Of a DNA stretch of 64,000 bases, positions 54,731 through 64,000 are shown one piece after another (positions within the stretch are counted from its first letter, which is position 1; each line of letters starts with the position of its first letter). This stretch comes from Eledone cirrhosa (lineage: Eukaryota). The translations under genes and the position numbers were made by a program. The stretch is taken from positions 48,298,001-48,362,000 of the forward strand of contig OZ024744.1 in assembly GCA_964016885.1 (NCBI GenBank), given 5' to 3'. Under the pieces are notes generated by a model. That model had not been told where the DNA came from, made no database searches, and was given only the letters and a program-made list of their open reading frames with translations.

Positions 54731-55674
54731 TACATCCACCGCCAATCGCGATCCACCGGGAGGCTTCCTGTTTCGTGCACACCCGGGGCGGGATCAATGG
54801 ACTGACATCGGACGCAGCCTCTAACCACCCTTTGAACACTGTGTCTGTTAACGTCCGAGTCAATTCTCCTGGCTAGGAACAGAGTCCTATCCACTCCCAT
54901 GTGGTGCATGTCATGCAACCCTTTCAAGTCCGACTCGGTCAGCCGACACACGGCAGCTATTTCATCTACCTCCTCCGGCGCTTCCATCCAGGCTTTCTTC
55001 ACCCTGGTTAAGACGTCCGCCCTATTTTTCTCTGAAGGCACGAAAACTACGCTCTGCCTCAGGTCGAACTCGGTGGCCAGCTCTCCTAAAGTTCCCAGGC
55101 GGCACTTTATCAGCATCTCCGCCGCCCCTCTCGTTCGCACTCTCTTCTCACTGGTGAGCACTGATCTCACCCATCCGAGTACAGAAGCCGAGTCAGTGCG
55201 TATCTCGATGGTTCGCAGTCCCCACCTCAGGGCGAGGTTCACCTCTCTCAACACTACGTCCAGTTCGGCCACATTGATGTGGTTGCAGTCGTCCTTCTTC
55301 CTAAGCCAGGCTCCATCCTCGACCTCAACACCTCCAATCTCCAACGTGACACCCAGCGCTATGCTGCTGGCATCGCACCATACGGTCCCGCTCTGCGATT
55401 TGGGAACATACCAACGTCTCCGCACTGGGTCGTCGGCCTTCACCATCCTCACGATCTCCTGCACCATGGCCACCGTCCTCTCTCCCACTCTGTCACTCCA
55501 AGTCACCCCTCCCGCTCGTCTCTTGACATAGCTGCATACCGCCCGGAGCCACCCAGCAATCGGGTAGTGACCCACCAACTTTCCACACACCGAGAAAAGC
55601 TCCCGCCTACTCATACTTGGGCCCAGTTCTGGAACTTCATTTCCAGTACCACTCAACAACCCATCGCTGCCCAT
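54730..55674 (-). CDS. Pol fragment: RT connection, RNase H, integrase HHCC
   Basis: WCDAS, HINVAEL, RTDS, NRAD; H..HH.G...C..C. Confidence 0.85.
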   Translation of the reverse strand: MGSDGLLSGTGNEVPELGPSMSRRELFSVCGKLVGHYPIAGWLRAVCSYVKRRAGGVTWSDRVGERTVAMVQEIVRMVKADDPVRRRWYVPKSQSGTVWCDASSIALGVTLEIGGVEVEDGAWLRKKDDCNHINVAELDVVLREVNLALRWGLRTIEIRTDSASVLGWVRSVLTSEKRVRTRGAAEMLIKCRLGTLGELATEFDLRQSVVFVPSEKNRADVLTRVKKAWMEAPEEVDEIAAVCRLTESDLKGLHDMHHMGVDRTLFLARRIDSDVNRHSVQRVVRGCVRCQSIDPAPGVHETGSLPVDRDWRWM

Positions 55675-56828
55675 CGAACACAGCCTTGAAGTTTTTGTCC
55701 TGCACAGTGTAAGCGGGGTATTTCTCCTCGTGGGCCTTCTGGTTCTCCTGTCGCGTACTCACAGCGCGATGCAGCGCCGCCAAACGACACACCAACGTTG
55801 TTCACTGTGACGCCTCTTAGACGGCCAATTGCGTCCATGCCCATAACCACGCCGATCCCATCCACTACGTTGTCAACTACGATGGCAGAAAGCCTTATTT
55901 TCCTTCCCCGTACCGCTATCTCCACCTCGCTGCGACCTCGGCATTCAATTTTCCTGCCGTCGACTGCCCTTACGATGCTCTTCCCTCTCCACCTCTGCGC
56001 CAACCCCGCGGTCACCAGTGTCGTCGTACAGCCTGTGTCCACGAGGGCTCTCTGTGGCTTTCCCCTCACGAAGACTTCCATCACGGGCAGCGCCTCTACT
56101 CGTAAGGGGCAATTACCGGCGCAGTAGTTCCCCTTGGATCGTTTCCCTGGTCGCTTACACCGGTAGCATATTATTTCCGGCCTTGACTCTCTACAGTCTC
56201 TAGCCATGTGCGGGCCCTGGCACCTAAAACAGTGACCTCTAAACGTTCGCGGGCGACCGCATGCCGTGGTTGCCTCTCTTTCACCATTTCGCTGCCAGCT
56301 GTCTTGAGCCTCTGTAGTTTCTATCGGCGCGACACTCTTCTTGGCATCTTCTGCTATGATCCGGGCTTGTTCCGCCAGTGAACACATTTCCATTTCTTTG
56401 TAACCCGGGACTTGCTGCAGTTTCACCGTTATGTCGTCTGGAAATCCATTTATGAACGCCAACCGCACCGTGCGTTCGCATTCCACCTGATATCCAGCCA
56501 ACATGGCCAATCGCCGTATTTCCGCTGCGAAAATGTCAACGCGTTCACCGTTCCATCTAATTCTTGCCAGCTTAGCAAAAGCGGCTAACGGCCCCTCTGC
56601 GAACGCTTCCATCATGCGCCTCTCAATCTTTTGCGCATCTCTTTGGCTGTGTTCATCCAACCCAAGGAAGACTACCAACGCATCCCCCTCGAGGTACAGT
56701 GCCATGAGGCCAGCCACATCTTCTATCTTCTGTAAGCTTGCGACCAGCCGGATTTTTCGCAGCCAAGCGACATCGCCTTCACCGATAAATGCCTTAATCG
56801 CTTCGCTCGTTCGTAGTCTCGTCGTCAT
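55653..56828 (-). CDS. Gag (CCHC zinc knuckle) + aspartic protease
   Basis: CFRCQGPHMARDC, CYRC; ALVDTG..VVMGMD. Confidence 0.88.
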   Translation of the reverse strand: MTTRLRTSEAIKAFIGEGDVAWLRKIRLVASLQKIEDVAGLMALYLEGDALVVFLGLDEHSQRDAQKIERRMMEAFAEGPLAAFAKLARIRWNGERVDIFAAEIRRLAMLAGYQVECERTVRLAFINGFPDDITVKLQQVPGYKEMEMCSLAEQARIIAEDAKKSVAPIETTEAQDSWQRNGEREATTACGRPRTFRGHCFRCQGPHMARDCRESRPEIICYRCKRPGKRSKGNYCAGNCPLRVEALPVMEVFVRGKPQRALVDTGCTTTLVTAGLAQRWRGKSIVRAVDGRKIECRGRSEVEIAVRGRKIRLSAIVVDNVVDGIGVVMGMDAIGRLRGVTVNNVGVSFGGAASRCEYATGEPEGPRGEIPRLHCAGQKLQGCVRWAAMGC

Positions 56829-57228
56829 ATCCTAATTTGTCTTGCGGTACGTGATAAAAAAAAAAAAACAACAGACTCCTCTCTGTTTTTCCAGAAGCTT
56901 TTTTTTTTTTTTTTTTTTTTTTTTCAATCTGATCTCAGTTTCCAGTGTCGAAATAGCTTGTGGTTAGAAAAAGCTTTCTCACTTACCGCTTTTCATAGGC
57001 GCCGCTAAATCCCGTTGCTGGTTTCTCCTCTTCCACGTGCGTCCAACTCATTAACACCGGGAGCTGCCAAAACTCGCGTCCACACCGTTCCTGGTCACCA
57101 CTAGAGAGAGGCCGATCTGCTGGCCCTTTCGGTCGAGCACCCTTCCGGCCAAGCACCCTTCCGGTCAAGCACTCTTCCAGTCGAGCACTCCCCAGCTTCC
57201 AACCACCGCACGCCACACCATACCCACA

Positions 57229-57271
<43 letters not shown>

Positions 57272-58046
57272 CGTGTGCCTTACCATGATAAAAAGGGATC
57301 AGTCCACTCTGTGGAGGGATCATGCTGGTGCCATGATAAAAACGGCACCATATAGAGTGGTTGTGTTGGTGTCAGGTCAAAAAGCACTCAGCTCACCATA
57401 TAAAGTGGTTGTGTTGGTGATAAGACAAAAAGAACCCAGTTTACAGCATAAGGCAAGCAATCCACCTAGAGAAAACCAAGACAAAAATGGATCTTGTGAG
57501 GAAGACATGGTCACCTGACATGTCTGGCCTCATAACATGACAATCTTTCTAATCCATGCAAGTATGGAAGTTGTTAAACGATGATGATGATGATGTAGTA
57601 CATATCAGTTAGTACCGATTTTTTTCCAGTGATTGCTGCCAGTAACAAATTCGAAAGGGGCGAAAATTATCACGTGGCTAGCGGTAAGGTAGAAGTGTAG
57701 TGAAGGATAGACTGGTGGCTAGTAAGTTCATTGCTAGAAACATTTATATCTGAGCGAAACACAGTCATCTGATCCAACTTGCCTCAAATGGGACAAACCC
57801 ATCTAATCCATGCTAGCGAGATAGATAGACGTTAAACAATAATGATGATGATGATGAAGAGGATGATATATGTGTATCTGTGTGTGTATGTCTATATAAG
57901 CATAAATGTGTACACACACACATTTCAGACCATTAAACATAACACAACACAAATTGCACAAGCTTTTCTATCTTGAAGCTAATAATAAACTCAAGATTTA
58001 GTTTGTGTGTGTGTCTGTAGAGGTTCACATGTGTGTGTCTGTGTAC

Positions 58047-58105
<59 letters not shown>

Positions 58106-58223
58106 ACCTGAGCCAGCAAATGGGCTGAGGCCATGCTGGTGCACTGCCAATATTGCTCCATTTCTATAGCCACCCTCAATACTGCTTCTTGTCTGAGATC
58201 TTATATATATATATATATATATA

Positions 58224-59189
58224 TATTGTTATATTTGGGGAGGGTCATATTTGCGTAATATTGCCAGAATTAATAACAGAACACACTCACTGTTTGGTTG
58301 GTTTTCGCTTCTCGCTGTCTTTTATATATATATATCTGCGATCTAACTTACTCGGTCCTCAATGTTGCCATTGACTGACCGGCGGTCAAAAATAATACAG
58401 ATACAATATAGACAAACACATATATATATAGTTTACATAATTTACATAAATCTTTCGTTGCACATCTGCAACATCGTCAGTGGTGTTATATTCATTGTTC
58501 CTCCTGTTGTGTTGTATGTCTACGCCATTTTTTTTGTTCAGTCTGTCTATATATTTATTTATTTATTTGCTTGTTTGTTTATCTTATTTTATTTTGTCTT
58601 CTTTGCGCATGCGTTTGCGTGTGTGTATAGTGTTATGTGTGATGTGTGACTAGTGTGTATAGTGTTGTGTCTGCTGGGTGACTAGTGTGTGTTTATGTGC
58701 TTGTGTATGTATTTATTTATCTTATTTTATTTTATTTTATTTACTTATTTATTTATACTTCTCTTAGGTCAGTGTTGTTTGTTTGGGTGTTGTTGTTGTT
58801 CCACTCATTCTTTCTGTTTAGCTTTGGTCTTCTAATTTCTATTTCACTGGCCTCTCTGATTTGCCTATCTGCTGGGTCATTCCTATGTTTAGATATTATT
58901 CTAATTTCTATGTTGTCTATGTTACCGTCATGTTGTTGTCTAGCATGTTCGTATAGTACTGACCCGTTTTTTCGTCCTTTTAGTTCCCCCCAGTGTTGGT
59001 CTATCCTTTCACCTATGCTACGAGCTGTCTCACCTATGTATGTTGTTGTCGTGTTTCTGCAAGTACCCTCTGTACATTCTGTTATTAATTCTGGCAATAT
59101 TACGCAAATATGACCCTCCCCAAATATAACAATATCTGTTTCGACACACGATTTCATATAAAAAACCTCGCAAAACTAATTCATCGCCG

Positions 59190-59190
<1 letters not shown>
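58224..59190 (-). mobile_element. PLE (family A-related) with GIY-YIG fragment, hammerhead 58444-58484 and inverted arm
   Basis: YIGETARSIGERIDQH..RQIREA.EI..PKLN; ACCA-CTGACGA-T-GTTGCA..TGCAAC-GAAAG; 58225-58280 is inverted at ~59078-59135. Confidence 0.85.
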
Positions 59191-59219
<29 letters not shown>

Positions 59220-59222
<3 letters not shown>

Positions 59223-60311
59223 CAGCAGTACCCAGCGTTGCCTGGGTAGGTAAAATAATATCTGCTTTGATGAAAAGGTGTTGATCTTAACGACTGCTTC
59301 TCGATTACTCATCTATGGCCACACACAGGCCATGCGGGGGAGGGTGATGATGACCTCTATCACTGAGAAACACGGGTGACTGACGAAGAGGCATGCTGGG
59401 GGAGGGAGGTAATGACCTCTAACACTAAGCCAAATTTCCTCACGCTACTTGATTGGAAACCGATGAAGTCTCAAATACACAACTAAAAGCTCAGACGAAG
59501 TCAGTGGCCATCGTTTTGCCTTTGACCATCTATAAGATGTGCAATGGTAGGTTCTATCGTAGTATAAAAGTTGAACCAAATAAATTGATTTATGTGTGAG
59601 GTGGAGCCGAAGTTTCGAATTTGAACGAAATCGGTTGAAAAATGTGGGAGCTAATGATAGGTTCTATCGTAGTATAAAAGTTAAACCAAATAAATTGATT
59701 TGTGTGTGGGGTGGAGCCGAAGTTTCGAATTTGAATGAAATCGGTTGAAAAATGTGGGAACTAGAGCCGTAAAGGCGGAAATTTGAGCGAAAAGGTGGTG
59801 TTTTCGAATATTTAAGAGGCTGCCACGCCGTTCCTGAACAAAAAATCCCAAAAGACGTGAAATAATCAGATCTAGCGTAGTGTAAAATTTGAACATAGTA
59901 GGTTGATTAATGTGGGAGGTAGAGCCGAAAAAGTGGAAATTTGAGTCTAAAAGTGGTATTTTTTAATATTTAAGCGGCTGCCACGCCGTCCCTGAACAAC
60001 AAATGCAAAATATAAAGCTATTACAGGATGTGCAATGATAAATTCTATTTTGCTTTAAAATTTGATCGAAATCGGTGGTAAAATGTGGGAGCTTATTTTC
60101 GATACCTCTAAAAAGGTGACCCCGCTATCGATTTTTATCTTCAGAATGACTCCGGAATAAAAAAAAAAAAAACGATACGCTGATATATAGAAAACACTCC
60201 TCGATGACTAATCTATGAGCCTGTAGTAAAGTTTCATGAAAATCGGTCGTAAGATGTAGGCCCCTATAGGTAATACACAGACATACATACTTAATTTTAT
60301 ATATATACAGA
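59220..60311 (-). mobile_element. Non-autonomous Helitron-like element
   Basis: Minus strand starts A|TCTGTATATATATAAAA and ends with the hairpin acccaggcaacgctgggt plus a degenerate CTAG; internal aaatttgaacgaaatcggtt subrepeats and a ~110-bp duplication. Confidence 0.7.
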
Positions 60312-60823
60312 TAACAGAATGACAAGATTGTCCTTGAAAATATTCTAAATCCACCCCATATACCTCACGGGTTTTGGGGGCAGCACATTTACAACCCATG
60401 CTATGAGATTCGATATTATTTATTTTGCGAACAATACCTTAACATCAGTATGAGTGGCCAGTTACTGTCGGTTTGAACAGAAAGAGGTGAGAGAATTCTT
60501 GCCGGATATAGGCGGTTTAAATGCTAAAGGGTTAAACCCCAAACTAGTGCAGTATCAGGTTCTTTTTCATGATGTGTATTATATTTGAGTGTATGAATGC
60601 TTTTACTCTATTACTGATTTCAATCATGAAATTGCGGCCATACTGGAGCACAGCCTTGGTTTAGCAGGTTATATCGATTCGTCTTTCGTTTTTATTTTTT
60701 TCACCATCTGGTAATTATTTTAGTAATCTTTTTGGGGAAAAACACTTATGATGATCAGACACAGACTAACACGTGTACAGAAACACATATACATACATAT
60801 ATATTATATATTATGTGTGTGTG

Positions 60824-60854
<31 letters not shown>

Positions 60855-60901
60855 ATGTAACATCATCGATGATATATATATATATATACATATATATATA
60901 C

Positions 60902-60949
<48 letters not shown>

Positions 60950-61134
60950 ATGTATGTATATATGTATATGTACATGCATATATATGTGTATACATGTATA
61001 TAATATCTGTGTGTGTGTTTATGCGAGTGTGCATTGTTATATATTATGAGGGTCATCCTGCCAATAAAAACACAATATAATGTGTGTATGTGTGTGTATG
61101 TATGTTATATACACACACACACACACACACACAG

Positions 61135-61375
61135 AGCTTCGATGTTTCAGACATTTGATGAGAATGTATCAGGAAACGATCGCAGGTAAAACCAGCTGGC
61201 AATAGACCCAATGGTAGACCCTGATCAAGATGGTTGGAGAACATCCATGAGCTCGGCTGTCCTTGCTTGGGGATCCAACAGGATCAATTGGAGTTGGTTG
61301 CTTCTGACAGGACTCACTGGAAGGAATACTTGAGGACTCTACTCCCACCTCTCAGGAATAAGCGAGCGGCGAAGA
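61135..61375 (+). mobile_element. RTE/L2-like LINE C-terminal fragment
   Basis: RP.GRP..RWLENI......VASDRTHW...L.P. Confidence 0.6.
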
Positions 61376-61961
61376 ATATATATATATATATGTACAGACA
61401 AACATACAAACAACACATCAGCACATAACTTGTATATATTGCACGCGTATATTCTTTATGGAGAAAATTTTCCAAGGGAGATAACTCGTGGTGTACTAAA
61501 ATAAATATTGTGTATGTTTATGTGTGTGTGTGTGCAATTCATGTGTACACACATACATACATTCATTCATACATGCGTATTTATATAAATACATAAATAC
61601 ACATAGATATATAAACACACACATACATACATACATACATATTCATACATGTATATATCTATGTATGTATATATGTATATATGTATGTCTGTACATATAT
61701 ATATGTATGTTTGTAATGTATGCATATTAACGGGTTTTTCTATATTTATCTTTATGGGTTAAAGACGTGCCAGCTTTTTTATACATTAGTGTCATAAATG
61801 TGTGTGTGTGTGTGTGTGTGTATACACACACATATATATGTATATGAATATACATATATATATATATATATAAACTCACGCACGCATACACACACACGTG
61901 GGTATGTGTATTATACATCTAAAACAAAACATTCTCCCAACCTAACCTCCTAAAACAACAG

Positions 61962-62036
<75 letters not shown>

Positions 62037-62584
62037 GCATATATATATATATATATGAATATATATATGTATATATATATATATATATATACACACAGGC
62101 ACACATACACACAAACACGTATATATATATATATATAAATGTATGTCAGGCATGGGGGAAAGGATGCCCCCACCCTGCAGGGCAAGGCAGGTAGTGAGAG
62201 GAGGCCCGACCCCCCTCAGGGCTAGGGGAGAGGACCCACTAAAATGTTCAAATAGCATGAAATTACTGGGACCCCCTAAACAATTAGTTTTCTCAAGGAG
62301 CTTCAGTAGATGTACGGTGGGGGTAATACCTGCCACTTGTGGTGGTGGTGATGAGAGTTTAGGGTTAATAACCCTTTCCTTACCATTTCTCTAATGAAAG
62401 ATACACACCCACACGCACGCAGGCATGTATGTGTGTGTGTGTGTTTGTGTGTATAAAACCATCAGTCACCTAAACTTAAAGGTAAATATATATACCCCAA
62501 TCAAAAGTTATCCAGGAATGTAATTAAATGTAAAAACAGTTGATCCCACAAAGGGATCTTTATACCAGAGACTTGTCAACTGTA

Positions 62585-63310
62585 AACTCAGTCAACACAG
62601 TATCAAGGTATGACATACATACTAAGACTAAATTATATACATAATATTTAACTAAGACTGTCAATTGTCTTAACTTCAACATAGATACATCTAGAACAAA
62701 CTAAAGTTGTCTACAAACTCAGTCAACACAGTATCAAGGTATGTCATTTAACTAAGACTGTATGACATATATATATATATAACTAAGACTGTCAATTGTC
62801 TTAACTTCAACATAGATACATCTAGAACAAACCAAAGTTGTCTAAAAACTCAGTCAACACAGTATCAAGGTATGACATTTAACTAAGACTGTATGACATA
62901 TATATATATATAACTAAGACTGTCAATTGTCTTAACTTCAACATAGATACATCTAGAACAAACCAAAGTTGTCTAAAAACTCAGTCAACACAGTATCAAG
63001 GTATGACATTTAACTAAGACTGTATGACATATATATATATATAACTAAGACTGTCAATTGTCTTAACTTCAACATAGATACATCTAGAACAAACTAAAGT
63101 TATCTACAAACTCAGTCAACACAGTATCAAGGTATGACATTTAACTAAGACTGTATGACATATATATATATATAACTAAGACTGTCAATTGTCTTAACTT
63201 CAACATAGATACATCTAGAACAAACTAAAGTTATCTACAAACTCAGTCAACACAGTATCAAGGTATGGCATACACAGTAAGACTGTCAATAATATATCTA
63301 GAAAAAACCA
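62585..63310. repeat. 131-bp tandem repeat, ~5.5 copies
   Basis: aactcagtcaacacagtatc recurs at 62585, 62716, 62847, 62978, 63109 and 63240. Confidence 0.95.
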
Positions 63311-63822
63311 AAGTTATTGATGAACTCAAGCAAGCGTTATCCATAGACCACATCCAGTCTTTACAAGGAAAAATAAAAAAATCACAGATGAATTTCTAAA
63401 CCCTGACCCAACACTCTTGGCAAAACAACAACTGACTTGCAACAATTACTGGTATAGGGATGATGGAAATCATCAGACAACAGCCTTCAAATTATGAAGT
63501 TTCTATGAAATAACACACACACATATATATATATGTGTGTGTGTGTGTGTATGTGTCTATGTGTGTGTGTGTGTGTGTGTGTGTATCCCAGGTTCAATCG
63601 ACGGTAACCACAGTAAGTAAGGTATCAATATGTAGCAGAGTATATATATATATAATATAGAAATTACTTCTACAGGAATAGAACTGTTTCATTCAAATCA
63701 AACAGTTCTAGTCTTGTAGAAGCCATTTTTATATTATATATATATAAGTGGGACTACCCCCGTCCAAACCCATGCAAGCGTGGAACACGGACGTTAAACG
63801 TTGATGATGATGATGATGATGA

Positions 63823-63857
<35 letters not shown>

Positions 63858-64000
63858 GGGGTAGAACACTGGAAGGTAATATCCATAGTGGTAGAGCACT
63901 CAGTCCATGGGATAAGTTAGGTAGAAGGTCCATTACGACATGAGGATCCACTAAGGTGAAACAATTGTTCTCAGTATGGTGAACTAACTGTTGTGTAACC

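Larger units (their letters stand above)
53704..57228 (-). mobile_element. LTR retrotransposon (Gypsy-type domain order), RT-deleted
   Basis: 270-bp LTRs at 53704-53973 and 56959-57228, TSD GAATA, purine tract next to the 3' LTR; gag, PR, RNase H and IN domains. Confidence 0.93.

Noticed and set aside
54222-56835. Plus-strand ORFs inside the LTR element
   Set aside because: Antisense shadows of GC-rich gag/pol with no recognisable motifs.
59079-59157. N-terminus of ORF 58753-59157 as a real start
   Set aside because: It comes from the inverted non-coding arm, so the ORF is chimeric.
62585-63310. CRISPR-like array
   Set aside because: Whole units repeat with no unique spacers, no cas genes, eukaryotic context.

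Overview
AT-rich, microsatellite-dense eukaryotic non-coding DNA. The repeat repertoire is invertebrate-like and reminiscent of cephalopod/octopus genomes (inference, not verified). I see no host protein-coding exon; most ORF-track entries are (TA)n/(CA)n artefacts or antisense overlaps of transposon ORFs. The window is almost entirely mobile elements: many RTE-clade LINE fragments, tRNA-derived SINEs, a Tx1/L1 fragment, an R4/Dong-like tail, an RT-less LTR retrotransposon with a 5-bp TSD, DD37D (maT) and mariner relics, a non-autonomous Helitron and a 131-bp tandem array. The most striking signal is about 20 hammerhead-ribozyme motifs (intact or degenerate) from about ten Penelope-like (PLE) or PLE-type families. 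They sit mostly in (TA)n tracts as asymmetric inverted repeats, and one family has a recurrent non-canonical core (CAGAAGA, U4A). There is also a 692-bp-period retrozyme-like direct repeat carrying a hand-predicted HDV-topology nested pseudoknot. All RNA structures were paired by eye; none was computed or tested.
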